Origin: Eledone cirrhosa
Taxonomy: Eukaryota
Assembly (NCBI GenBank): GCA_964016885.1
Contig: OZ024740.1
Location: 289,106,001 to 289,170,000 of the forward strand
Reading direction: 5' to 3'
Length of the DNA: 64,000 nt
Shown here: one piece after another, positions 26,121-39,637 of the stretch
How the letters are laid out: the number at the start of each line of letters is the position of its first letter
How positions within the stretch are numbered: position 1 is the stretch's first letter
Position numbers and translations under genes: made by a program
The notes under the pieces: model-generated
Databases searched by the model: none
Told to the model about the DNA's origin: nothing
Seen by the model: only the letters and a program-made list of their open reading frames with translations

Positions 26121-26700
26121 CTAGGGCCTGATGAACACAACCACAAGGATGTGGTCCGAACGTGGAAGAGCTGAACTCCCACTGTCATCGCCTCCATCTC
26201 TGTCGTCCTTCCCATCTCTCTGTATGGTGAGCAAATTGGGTCCCACATGCTGCCTCCTCACAGCCCCGGCGGACAGAATGGAGAAGGCGTTTCCCCAGAG
26301 GATGGTAAGGGAGATGTGCTGGAAGAGCCATTCCAACTTGCGAGGGATCACACCTGCGGCTGGCCAGCTCAGTGCCTATGGTGGTGAGTAGGGAGGTGGG
26401 CCGAGGACACCAGCAGTCTCCACTGCCAAGGGCACGACCACCACGAACCTGTTGGAGAGCGACCGGTACTTGGAGAGTTTGGCCTCCTCAGCCCGACGTG
26501 CAGCAGAACCTGGGTTAGTCACAGACTGCACCAGGTTGCGGCTGGAGAAAGTGTCACTGCAAGTGGCATCCCAGACGAGGGGTTTGCCACCGCAGAACGG
26601 GAAGATGGTCATGCCGTCTGGCCTTTTGCCGTCCCCTCGGTCCAGCCCCACTGGCTCGAGCTGGGAAGGCAAGCCTGGTGTCTTTAACAGAGTATACTCT
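26121..26700 (-). mobile_element. CRE-like non-LTR retrotransposon 3' fragment (restriction-like endonuclease)
   Basis: LEPVGLDRGDGKRPDGMTIFPF...LVWDATCSDT...AEEAKLSKY...PLAVETAGVLGP, then WLFQHISLTILWGNAFSI in another frame. It is a GC-rich island in AT-rich DNA. Confidence 0.75.
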
Positions 26701-26964
26701 GTTGCAAGCATCAAACCCTTATGTGGTTTCCAAATCTCCCTCAAATCCCATCTCATCATCATAAAAAAGAAACAAGGACACAGAGATTATGTAGTTCCAA
26801 ATATTTATCTCCCAGAAACATAACCACCACCACTACCACCACAAAAGTTGTGATGGTCACAGTTGGAATGTCCCTAATCATAGATCTTTCTGCTCAGACT
26901 TGACATGTGGTTAAACTAAGAAAAAAAAAAAAAGGTGTCACTAACATTGTGATTATCATCATTA

Positions 26965-28820
26965 CTCCCACCACCATCACCATCACCATCACTACCATCA
27001 ACACTACCACTACTACCACTACCAACAACAACACCACTAACACAACCATCGCCACCACTACCACCACCGCCGCCACTACCACCACCACCACCATCACCAT
27101 CACCACCACCAAAAACACCACTACTACCACCACTACTACTACTACCACCACCACCACCACCACCACCACCACCACCATTACCACCACCAAAATCACCACT
27201 ACAACCACCACTAATACCGCCACCACCACCACCACCACCACCACCACCAAAAACACCACTACTACCACCACTACTACCGCCACCACTACCACCACCACCA
27301 CCACCAAAACACCACTACTACCACCACTACTACCGCCACCACCACCACCACCACCAAAAACACCACTACTACCACCACTACTACCACCACTATCACCGCC
27401 ACCACCACCACCAAAACACCACTACTACCACCACTACTATCGCCACCACTACCACCACCACCACCAAAAACACCACTACTACCGTCACCACCACCACCAA
27501 AAACACCACTACTACCACCACTACTACCGCTACCACCACCACCACCAAAAACACCACTACTACCGCCACCACCACCACCACCACCACCAAAAACACCACT
27601 ACTACCACCACTACCACCGCCACCACTACCACCACCACCAAATACACCACTACTACCACCACGACCACCACCACCAAAAACACCACTACTACCACCACTA
27701 CCACCGCCACCACTACCACCACTACCACCACCACCACCAAAAACACCACTACTACCACCACTACCACCGGAACCACTACCACCACCACCACCAAAAGCAC
27801 CACTACTACCACCACCACTACTACCGCCACCACTACCACCACCACCACCAAAAACACCACTACCAACCACCACTACTACCACCACTACCACCACCACCAC
27901 CAAAAGCACCACTACTACCACCACTACCCCCGCCACTACTACCACCACCACCACAAAAAACACCACTACTACCACTACTACCACCGCCACCACTACCACC
28001 ACCACCACCAAAACACCACTACTACCACCACCACTACCACCACCACCAAAAACACCACTACTACCACCACTACCACCGCTACCACTACCACCACCACCAC
28101 CAAAAACACCACTACTACCGCCACCACCACCACCACCACCACAACCACCAAAAACACCACTACTACCACCACCACTACCACCACCACTACCACCACCACC
28201 ACCAAAACACCACTACTACCACCACCACCACCACAACCACCAAAAACACCACTACTACCACCACTACCACCGCTACCACTACCACCACCACCACCAAAAA
28301 CACCACTACTACCGCCGCCACCACCACCACCACCACAACCACCAAAAACACCACTACTACCACCACTACCACCGCCACCACTACCACCACCACCACCAAA
28401 ACACCACTACTACCACCACCACTACCACCACCACCAAAAACACCACTACTACCACCACTACCACCGCTACCACTACCACCACCACCACCAAAAACACCAC
28501 TACTACCGCCACCACCACCACCACCACCACAACCACCAAAAACACCACTACTACCACCACCACTACCACCACCACCAAAAACACCACTACTACCACCACT
28601 ACCACCGCTACCACTACCACCACCACCACCAAAAACACCACTACTACCGCCACCACCACCACCACCACCACAACCACCAAAAACACCACTACTACCACCA
28701 CTACTACCGCCACCACTACCACCAAAAACACCACCACTACCACCACTACTACCACCACTACCACCACCACCACTACCACCACCACCACCACCATCATCAT
28801 CATTATCATCATCATCACCC
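26965..28820. repeat. Compound (CAC/TAC)n trinucleotide satellite punctuated by AAAAACACCACTACT
   Basis: About 1.85 kb of CAC/TAC triplets. The long Thr/Pro/His ORF is a repeat artefact. Confidence 0.95.
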
Positions 28821-29026
28821 AGAGAAACATTCACCGGTCACCATTACTATCACACTGTATGTAAAGAACATTTCAGACCGGTACGTCACTCACATGGCAC
28901 ACACAGAGTTACTGGTTACCGCCTTTCATTGACTAAGAAATTCAACTTGTTTGGAGGTCTTGACATACTTTCTATGGGTTACTTCGTCTTCCAAGGAAAT
29001 AACAGCCACGCCTTGAGCTACACCTT

Positions 29027-29612
29027 CACACACACACACACGCACACGCACACGCACACGCACACACGCACACACGCACACGCACACACACACACACACA
29101 CGTACACACGCCTACACTTGCATGCTAACACATACTGTGACATAATAAAAGTGGATTGCACATACATTATTAGGCACACATTCAGAATATATCAGGCAGT
29201 TGTAAAATGAACCATTCAGTAACTCAACACACCCACCACCCACATACATACTCACACATACAGTACATACACCCACACATACGTTCACATTCAATTACTC
29301 ACACACATACATACATACACCCCCCACATACGTACACATTTACTCACACACATATACACTCACACATACGTACACATTTACTCACACACATTTACTCACA
29401 CACATATACACTCACACATACGTACACATTTACTCACACACATATACACCCCCACATACGTACACATTTACTCACACACATATACACTCACACATACGTA
29501 CACATTTACTCACACACATATACACTCACACATACGTACACATTTACTCACACACATATACACTCACACATACGTACACACACATACACACAGATATACG
29601 CACACACACACT
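29027..29612. repeat. (CA)n-rich tract with a ~34-bp minisatellite (CACATACGTACACATTTACTCACACACATATACACT-like unit)
   Basis: Direct inspection. Confidence 0.85.
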
Positions 29613-29967
29613 TATGTAAAAGTACGTAAATACACGTACATCTACATACTTGTACATAAACACACATACGCACACACATATATGTACTTGATACACACAA
29701 ATTATTTTATCCTTTTACTGGTTTCGGTCATTGGACCGCGGCTATGCTGGGAGACTGTCTTCAAGGGTTTTTCACCTTCAACTTTCCCTTTCATCCTAAC
29801 GGGAGCGATAAAATAAAGTACCAGTAATGTACTGAGGTAATTGCTGGCCTTCGATTCGCTTGCAAGAGCAAGAATGAGGGGCTCATTCTACTGACATGGC
29901 TTTAAAAATGAGGCTGTTTGCATAATTGCAAACGAATCGAATATTATTATTATTAATATTCGAAAAG

Positions 29968-30160
29968 GTCGGTGAATTGGCAGTATTGGTAGAGGGTTGG
30001 ACGCCATGCTTTCTAGCATAGTTACGTCCCTTTACAGTCTGAGTTCAAATCCCGCCGAGGTTAACTTTGCCTTTCATCCTTACGGGGTCGATAAAATAAA
30101 GTACCAGTAATATACTGGGTAATTGCTGGTCTTGTGCCTAAAGTAGAAACAATTATTAAT
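29968..30160 (+). mobile_element. SINE family A (short variant)
   Basis: Near-identical to the 1830-2022 unit. Confidence 0.85.
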
Positions 30161-30563
30161 ATTCGCAAAACTCAGATTATATATATATATATATATCATC
30201 ACCGTTTAACGTCCATTTTTCCACGCTAGCATGGGTTAGGTGAGTTATCCTGTTGTGAGCAATGCTAGGTCAGGTGACCATATTATGCTCATACAGAACC
30301 GATTTTGGCTTTGTTTCTACAGTTTGATACCCTTCCTAGCGTCAACCTCATTCACAGTGTGTACTGGGTGCCTTTTGGGTGACACCTACACAACCCCTTT
30401 ACAGCGCGGACTGGGTGCTTTTTGCCGTGACACTTACACAACCACTTTACAGTGGATGGTACCGTTATGAGGAGGGTTTGGGCAATTGGCCTCGTCGTAC
30501 CCTGTTCATATCGGAACCATAATTTGGGGGACGGGTGGTCCCATTATGAGGGAGGTCAGGCTA

Positions 30564-30613
<50 letters not shown>

Positions 30614-31829
30614 GTGTAACACGGCTCAACTATGTGTAAGGCTTGGCGCGGCAAATTGGCCAGACCCTCCTCATAACGGTGCCATCCACTGTAAAGTGGT
30701 CGTGTGTCACGGCAAAAAGCACCCAATCCACGCTGTAAAGTAGTTGTATACGACAATGAATAGAAAAACAACGGAAAAACGGAGAATCCCATCTCCTCAG
30801 TCAACCTCCCGATATCACTACAGTTTCGATATATATATATATGTTGATACTGTTCATTCAAGTGCATTTTGGGATATAACAAAACATGTAGAGACAAAGA
30901 CAGTGCAAGTTATGCCTTTCGGCGAATTCTACAAGTAAAGTAAAAAAAAAATATTCCGAGTACTTCAACTGACAAAGGGAGTGAACGGTGCGTGAGGGCT
31001 TAGCCTAAGGAGAAAAGAATATAGAAAGGTAAGAAATAGAAAAGCAGAAAAGAATAATATGAACTGCAGTCCAACGCACAGACAAAGAAGAATGGCACTG
31101 AAGGGTAGAAAAGTAAAGACGGGAGAATAGAGGAAGACAGGCAGGGCAGTGTGACGTTTAATACATGAGAGTTTAAAAAAAAAGCCTGCATGGCTAAGTC
31201 TTTAGAATATGATTATATGTACGTATGTACTGCTGTTTTGTGTATGTAGATATTTCAATACAAATACTCACCTTTAAAAGTAACCTAAACCTATAGGAAA
31301 ATTTATTACCTACACCCAAACAACTCAACCTAATCTAGTCATAGTACTAATTGTATTGTCACTCATTGTTAAAACAACATTTTACACCCTAAACTGCCTT
31401 TCTAAGATTTGACATCCTCCTTTGCATGACTATTTTCAGTGCCTATGATCACACAGCAATTGTTTGCAGGGACTATGCTCGTACAAATGACAAACGAGAA
31501 GAACAAGGAGAATTTCTCCTATTCATTGCGCAGATACTCGGGCATAGTATTTTCTATTTCTACTTTCTATTTTGTGTTCCAGACCGAAGGGCCGAGACCA
31601 TGCTGGGGCACCGCATGTACTAACACTCGACAAGTTACTTGTCCTCGATTTAATGCAAGAGTGAAAAGAGATTATCAAACATGAAACCATGCATTAGGGC
31701 ACTTTGGAAAAAGAGATCTCTGGACAACTTCTTCACGATCTATGCACTAAATGCGATCTAACCGTGACAAACACTCTCTTCCGGTTTTTTGAAATTGGTG
31801 CCACACTAGGTGGAGTTATTATGTTCTCT

Positions 31830-34800
31830 ACTGAACTACGCACTCACAGGATACAACATTGCTAGAATAAGCTGTATACATGCTATGGGGGGGGGGGGTG
31901 CTGGCTGCTTCATCGATAATATATTGATACGAACCATGTGCAATTTGTGAGACTAAAGTGCAAGAAGTCTGACAGGGGTTGCACTAAAAAGACTGGATGG
32001 AAGCCAAATAAAAATCCCGAAGTGTAAACCTGCACGTGTAGCAAACATGATCAACAATTTAAAAATATGCCTGATAATATGTCAATCGATACTGCACGAA
32101 TCGATGCTTGCTTGGAACTGTTACGTGAAACAATCTACAAAGCAACTGTTACCTTAGTCGATTTCTCCTGAGCACTTTGATGAAAATGATGTGAAGACAC
32201 TGCAGATGTTATCTGAGAAACGAAAATTCCATCAAGGCCATTTTAAATGAACGATGTGCTCTGCAAGTTACCAGACAACTGAAAGGCGCGAAGACCTTGC
32301 TACAAAAGGAACTACGGTTGATGAAAGACCAATGGTGTGAACAGAAGGCAGTCAAAATTCAGGTTCTTGCTGATTCTCACAAAGTAAAGACCTTTTATGC
32401 TAGCCTGAGAGAGATCTGAGGCCCCCTGAAAGGTGGTAATATGCCAATGAAGAGTAAAGGGGGCTCACCCCCTCAATACAAAGAAAAGATACATAATGAA
32501 ATACTGACGGGAACCTTTTAGTGAATTACTAAACTGACTCAACAATTGATGGTCATGCACTGTAATGTATCCAAGAACTTTCAAGCGATGACAGTTTGTA
32601 TTTACCGCCAAATATTGAGAAGCTGGTTACTGCCATTCACTGGACAAAACCGAGGAAAGCGCCTGGTGTTAACAACATTCCCACGAAAATCTACAAGTGT
32701 GATGGGAGGAAACTGCGCCGTAGACTTCTCTAATTCTCCAGAAAATGCTGGCAATGATGTTCCCTTCTGCAACAGCCATGGTTTACAAACGGACTGCTGA
32801 CCAACGAACTATGGAAATTACCGACGAATTTCTGTTCCTTCAATAACAGGGAAACCTCTAACGAAAATATTGCTCAGGTGAATTCAAGAAATATCCGAGT
32901 GATTTTTCCTGAAAACTAATGTGTATTCCACGTGTCAACGACATGGTTTTCACATTGAGACAGATTTGGGAAAAGGTTCTTGAAGGCAATTTTTGTGGTA
33001 ATCATCAAATTTACAAAGGCGTTCGACAGTGGGAAGACAAAGCTTATGGACCCTTCCCCCAAAATATTGATACTCGGGCACATTTATGATAATAAGCAGT
33101 TCTACGATGGTGTATATAACACGACCTCCCCCTCAGTCTGACTATCCTGATCGTGAATCATCCTTTAAATGTGATGAAAATGTTAAAATATTTGTGCTGT
33201 ATTATTTTTGATGACAACAGCCTGGATGCGGAGGTAGATCACTGCATCCTGTCTGCTGCGGTCGCATTTGGAAAGCTCAACGATTGACTGTGGAAACAAC
33301 GTTGCATAAAACTGTCAACAAAGAACAAAGTGTACCGAACACATCAAAAAAGCTTATAAACTGCCAGTTATATCATCTACGATCTATAATGATATTTCTA
33401 GGCGAAACCACTTCAACCGGTTGTCACGCAAAGCGCAAGTATGTCTTGTGTTGATGTGTTGAGTTTATCCTGCTGGAATCGTAGTTGTGCTTGGTTGGGC
33501 TTGTGATTCGCATGGTGGACTCTAGGGTCACCAATGCTGTGATTTTATAGTAAGCTGAAACGTAGAAGCCATTGGAGCGGTTGCTCGAAACTCCATGATA
33601 AAGTTGTTATCAGACGACATCTTAACGAAGCAGCCGATTTGATTGCCACTGCCCGAGAGAAGGTAGCGAACAATGGCGGAGAGCTATAAAGAAAGGAGCT
33701 CAAGTGAACTGAACAGAACAGAACTATAAAATGGAAACAGAGAAAGGGCCAGGGCTAAATCAACTACATCGGTTCTGCCAGCAGTGTGTAGCGCTCTCTA
33801 GACAAGGGAAGTAGCTAGAGTGACTTCCCGTCGAAATTCTAGAAACTTATTGTAACTTCCGGTAAAAAGGATATAAATAGTGTCAACCAAAATCAATTAC
33901 CCTCTTTTCACCTTTTGGCTGCTTGGCCTTCGGCCAGGCGCGTTTACGCCGAAGGTATATTCTCTCTCTTTGGCGCTTTCCTTCGAACCGAACCGACAAC
34001 ACGGAAGATGAACATGTTAATCACGAGCTTGGACTATACCTAAATATGTGCGAGGATATTTGTGTACCACAATTATAACGGAGTTAAAATAAAATGAAGA
34101 CTTGTATTCGGTATGGTGTTTTGTAGATATATCTTATCCTTTTCTGTATAAAAATTAGTAGTTAGATTCCGGTGATATTTACTCAAGTAAATAATCTTGG
34201 GTCCGACGTACAGAAACACCAACTACTAAAATGGTGACCCGACGTACAGAAACACCAACACAAAAATGGCGACACCATAACGTAAAATAACACAATGAGA
34301 AAAATGAGAAAAAAATGAGAAAAAAAAAGAAGAAGAAATTTCTATTCCCACCTCACGGGGTGACAACGTTCAAATGCTTCTAACTTGGCTGTTTATACTT
34401 TCGCTACATCTTACTACGAACCATTCATTAAATTGGACTCTTTCATTTTGAACATATTTCTTTTTCTGAAAATTACACCTCGTGTCTTTCTCGTTCAACC
34501 AAGCTTTTGTTTAAGACCAACACCCAATATGACGACTGCTGCCTTCCTCTTTTATTTTAGAGCAGCCATCTTGTCTTCTTCGTTTCGTCATTTTCCCGGG
34601 CGGTGGATTTTACCAACACACTCATTGCAATTCATCTCAAAGAATAGTTCGACCACGAGCTACTTTATTAATGCCAGTAAAAAAATTGCGACACCTTGCA
34701 TCGTAAATTTGACGTCACTTGCTGGGCATTTTTATGCACGTTCGTTCTGCGGTCAGCGACTTAAAAGAAACTTATCTGGACATTTCCTCTGACCAGTTCT

Positions 34801-36480
34801 CCTGCTGCAAATTGGAATATTTACCTCTGCCATCTTCTGAAGGAAAAATTGTCTGCGATATCTCTACTGGCTCACCCAGACCACTTGTTCCAGATTGCCA
34901 GCTAAAGTAGAGGCGATTCAGCAATTAGCACCACCAACATCCTTGAAATCGTTGGACAACATCAGCATCATCATCAACAACAGCTACTGGTAAAACATTT
35001 ACCACAACAACTACAGCCACAACACCAACGGCGATTTCACAGCAACATAACAGAAGTGGTAGTTTCATACTTTTACCGCCGCCACCACCAACAACAACTT
35101 TTATAACAATTAATGCAAGAACAGCAACTTTGAAAACATTTTGCACATTTTCGCCCATGTCAGACTTTATTTGTTTTCTATTAGACTCTGGGTGGTCATG
35201 TTATAAATAGCAAACAGCCAGTCATTTGACACAGCGGCATACATAACACTAGCCCCTTAGCGCCTCATTCATAATTTTCTTCTTGCATTCATTCATTTTT
35301 TTTATTGATGTGCTCTTTTTCAACGTTTTCACACTGGTGACGTGTCCGAATTCACTTTTTCTTATTTTTCACCCTTCTGATCTAAACAGGGGGTATTGTA
35401 GCAAAGCTACTTGCCAGTAGACTGTGCATTCCTCTGCATAAAACTCTTGATTTTGTTTGTTACTGTTTGTTTGACATGTTATCTCAACTCAACTCAACTC
35501 TTTGTATTTAGTTGTAAAAAATGGCCACGAACACTCTCAAAAACTATATACATTTAACCCCTAGTGGCATTTAACAAACTTCTTTTTCAGTTTTCAGATA
35601 GAACTAGTGGCAGAAAAGTCTGTACACTAGTGATGTATGAACTATTTGACTTTGAAAAACATTGATTTTACTATTGAGCATCAATATTCTCTGCTCCTTT
35701 GTATGACTATCATTTATCATTCGTTACATTCAAACATTCTTTGTAAAAATGCATTACTTGTTTTATGCTCATTTTGCTATTTAATTGCTCCTGTTTTATT
35801 CATTCATGTTCTTGTACCTTTTGCCTTGCTCCTCATGTTCTCGCTACAATGATTTCATTTGGTCATTCGACTTCTCGTCTGAGAGGGGAGTCTTGTAGCG
35901 CTCTGTAGACAAGGGAAGTAGCTAGAGTGACTTCCCGTCGAAATTTTAGAACCTTCTTGTAACTTCCGGTAAAAAGGATATAAATAGTGTCAACCAAAAT
36001 CAATTACCCTCTTTTCACCTTTTGGCTTCTTGGCCTTCGGCCAGGCGCGTTTACGCCGGAGGTATATTCTCTCTCTTTGGCGCTTTCCTTCGAACCGACA
36101 ACACGGAAGATGAACATGTTAATCACGGGCTTGGACTATACCTAAATATGTGCGAGGATATTTGTGTACCACAATTATAACGGAGTTAAAATAAAATGAA
36201 GACTTGTATTCGATATGGTGTTTTGTAGATATATCTTATCATTTTCTGTATAAAAATTAGTAGTTAGATTCCGGTGATATTTACTCAAGTAAATAATCCT
36301 GGGTCCGACGTACAGAAACACCAACTACTAAAATGGTGACCCGACGTACAGAAACACCAACACTAAAATGGTGACCCGACGTACAGAAACACCAACTACT
36401 AAGTGTTTTGCCATACTTGCGGGCATGGCTGTACTAGTGCCGTTGGTCTACTGTGCCCCGAAGCAGCGAAGCATCGTTGA
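31830..36480 (+). mobile_element. Highly decayed RTE (BovB-like) LINE, split by an LTR element at 33787-36401
   Basis: Residual motifs GNYRxISxxSIxGK (~32815), FTKAFDS (~33010) and RWxGxVxRM (~33490). A CxxCG..C..H-like tail resumes after 36401. Confidence 0.65.
33787..36401 (+). mobile_element. Internally deleted Gypsy-like LTR retrotransposon
   Basis: Near-identical LTRs start TGTAGCG at 33787 and 35894. A polypurine tract GAGAGGGGAG lies at 35881 and AGTG flanks both ends (33783-33786, 36402-36405). A pol remnant LEYLPLPSSEGKIVCDISTGSPRPLVP resembles the RNase H-integrase linker. Confidence 0.88.
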
Positions 36481-37302
36481 TAGAGTACTTTGATAGGTTT
36501 CGGCTAGTATTGGCCCAGGTTATGTCTAACTTAATAGCACCTTCATTATTGAATTAATTAAAAAAAACTTTCTTGATACCAAATCGATTACGAATACACG
36601 CGCACGCGCGCACACCCACACACCCACACACCACACACCACACACCACACACACTCTGTCAGTAACAAAGACTGAATAGTACTATGGATTGGCAGCTAGC
36701 ACCATTCCACTCCCACAATAAAGAGGAGCTGCCTCGACCTTTGCTTGACCACACCTATTCCGCACGCACGTGCGCTCTAGAAGAATATCTCAGTTACACA
36801 CGAACGGCGGACAACAGAGGCCACGTACCGTTCCTCTCCAACAGATAACTTTCCCCCTCGGAAAACCCCCCAGTTGATGGATGCGAAATCCGAAATATAG
36901 GAACAATTAAATCTCTCAATATTTTTATTTTTTACGCTCTTTCCTACGTTACTCTACACACTAGACATCTCATTCTACACTTCCTCTTACACCTCTCTCT
37001 TCCCCCACCGGATTCTGTTACCCGGAGATTTACCCATCTGCATTATTGAGGCTTCCAAAACAACCAAATTTTTTATTTCACAATGCTTCAAGCAAACTTC
37101 AATACTCTCTTATATATATATATATATATATATATAGATATATATATATATATATATATAAATTAGAATTGGTGCTCTGAAATAGCGATATATACATGAA
37201 TGTATATATAGTGTATTTTGCAATACACTGTATGCTTAATTAAAAACATTTCAAAGACCTTACGCTATTGTTTTAGAGTAGTGACAGTCTCACTTACTTT
37301 AA

Positions 37303-37393
37303 ATTTTCAGCAAACAGGGGAGATAAAGCTGACAGATGTTTCGTACTGATTGGTACTTACCAAAGCCAAGTACTCCACCTGTTTGCTGAAAAT
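37303..37393 (-). ncRNA. Hammerhead (U3-A8 family) with an additional A6G core mutation
   Basis: Minus-strand core reads TTGGTAA. The helices are otherwise conserved. Confidence 0.6.
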
Positions 37394-37626
37394 CATGAAT
37401 GTTTGATTCTTATAGAATTCTAGTAATAATCAGGAACTGATTATACAGAGCGGTTGCCGGTCAGGCAGAAATTGAAAATTAGAATTGGTGCTCTGAAATA
37501 GCGATATATATATATATATATGAATGTATATACAGTGTATTTTGCAATACACTGTATGCTTAATTAAAAGCATTTCGAAGACCTTACGCTATTGTTTTAG
37601 AGTAGTGACAGTCTCACTTACTTTAC

Positions 37627-37698
37627 ATTTTCAGCAAACAGGGGAGATAAAGCTGACAGCTGTTTCGTACTGATTGGTACTTATCAAAGCCAAGTACT
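37627..37698 (-). ncRNA. Hammerhead (U3-A8 core), copy truncated in distal helix I
   Basis: Minus strand reads GGCT TTGATAA GTAC caatca GTAC GAAA CAGCTG TC AGCT. Confidence 0.7.
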
Positions 37699-37771
37699 GC
37701 CTGACCGGCAACCGCTCTGTATAATCAGTTCCTGATTATTACTAGAATTCTATAAGAATCAAACATTCATG

Positions 37772-37864
37772 ATTTTCAGCAAACACGTGGAGTACTTGGC
37801 TTTGATAAGTACCAATCAGTACGAAACAGAGCTCTGTCAGCTTTATCTCCCGTTTGCTGAAAAT
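37772..37864 (+). ncRNA. Type I hammerhead ribozyme with U3-A8 variant core
   Basis: GGCT-[TTGATAA]-GTAC caatca GTAC-[GAAA]-CAGAG/CTCTG-[TC]-AGCT. Distal helix I is ATTTTCAGCAAAC/GTTTGCTGAAAAT (13 bp) plus GGAG/CTCC. Confidence 0.8.
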
Positions 37865-38011
37865 TTAAAGTGAGACTGTCACTACTCTAAAACAATAGCG
37901 TAAGGTCTTCAAAATGCTTTTAATTAAGCATACAGTGTATTGCAAAATACACTATATATACATTCATATATATATATTTAACATATTTCGCTACATATAT
38001 ATATATATATA

Positions 38012-39637
38012 TGTAGCGAAATTTGTCCACGCCTTGAACCCTGGGTGACACCTAAAAGTCAAATTCTAGGTCACCATCCTTTTCGGCGTTGGCAGGTTCA
38101 TGCGTGGGCGGCCCCCTCGAGGTGGGAGACAGAAAGCGACAGGTATATAAAGCCTGCATCAGCCCACGTCTAACACACATAGAGATAAGAGCCGTACTCT
38201 ATAGACAAGCCATGTAAAGATTCACCGCTATCTACATGCTTCTGAGGTCTATAGTCAACCACAGACCATTACACTCTCTCCTGGTCTTAGACTACACCAG
38301 CCTCATGGACCAACAACAAAATAACATCGTCAACCTTCGCAAATCGTGGTAACTTGTTTATTGTTCTTTTTTACTGAAGTGAAGTAAACCTTTATATATA
38401 TAAAATAAATCAGCTATTCTTGTTATATCATCTAACAACCACTACTAATACTCTTCGTTACATTGGTGACCCGACGTGATGGGAACGAACAGGTTCCTTT
38501 AAAAAAAAAAAAGAAAACACAACTTTTTTTTTCTGATCATGGCTTCCATTGCCAACATCAACAACTTTCTCAACAGCAGCTTTCTCAGCAATATATAATT
38601 ACCAAGCTTCTCATCTATATGGTACGATAAAACTTCACTTTTTCAAATTATTCACCAAACTTCCATTCTACAGAATATTTACAATGACTTCGCTTTGATG
38701 TTTCGATTCATTACCAAACACTTCACCACGTGCTTCGTAATCTCCAACAACAACAGACAATACTACTAGTTTCCTAGCAAGAAAACGATCACATAAAGAG
38801 AAAACTGAACTTTTTGTAAAGAACAATTATAAATATTTAAAAAAAAGTTTTTTACAGGTTATATATGAATGTCATTTTTATTTTTTTTTTATTTGTTTTA
38901 CTGTATTATATGCCTGTATGAACATACACGTTTTGCATCAAACACACATCATTTTCTTTGTCACACACCAACATGTTTTTGTCTATGGTATGTTCTGGAT
39001 TCGGTTGGGTTTCTGCGAGATCACTTTTCAACTGGTCGAGGTTCGGCAACAGCTATTAAACACATGAGAAACAACCCACGGGTACACGCCTGGACTCACT
39101 CAGGCACGCAACTCAAAATTGCACACACTCATGTCATAGCGTAAACCTCGACTCACTGGATAAGCATCTTACGTATGATAATACATCGAGAGAAATAGTC
39201 CTCTGCGTTATCATATCGTAATCTGATACCGCAACCCCGAACGTTCAGCCATCCATACACAACAATTCGAAATACATTATCACAACTTTGTATATTTACA
39301 GTTTCTTCTAAATGTTACACACAGACATGCATACACAGTTATACGATATTATTTTTTTTTCTCTCTCTCCAAATTTCCCTGCACTCGAAATGCGGGCTCA
39401 GTACCCACATTTTGTATCTTTTGGGACACGCTTCTGGAATCAGATTTCGCTACCACTTTTGTAGTCGATCGCTGCTCCTGCATCAATCTGGGTAGGGAAT
39501 TATTGTAGCGAAATCTGTCCACGCCTTGAACCCTGGGTGACACATTTTTTTTACTGAAGTGAAGTAAACCTTTTTATATATAAAGTAAATCCGCTATTCT
39601 TGTTATTTCATCTAACAACAACTACTAATACCCTTCG

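Larger units (their letters stand above)
37160..37977. repeat. ~323-bp hammerhead-containing repeat family: 1.7 direct copies plus one inverted copy
   Basis: The unit starts TTAGAATTGGTGCTCTGAAATAGCG at ~37163 and ~37479, and the orientation flips at ~37698. The same family occurs at 53872-54305. Confidence 0.9.

Noticed and set aside
26907-29210. 767-aa Thr/Pro/His-rich ORF resembling a mucin or extensin
   Set aside because: It is a stop-free triplet satellite. Composition switches with single-base slips, and there is no signal peptide or splice context.
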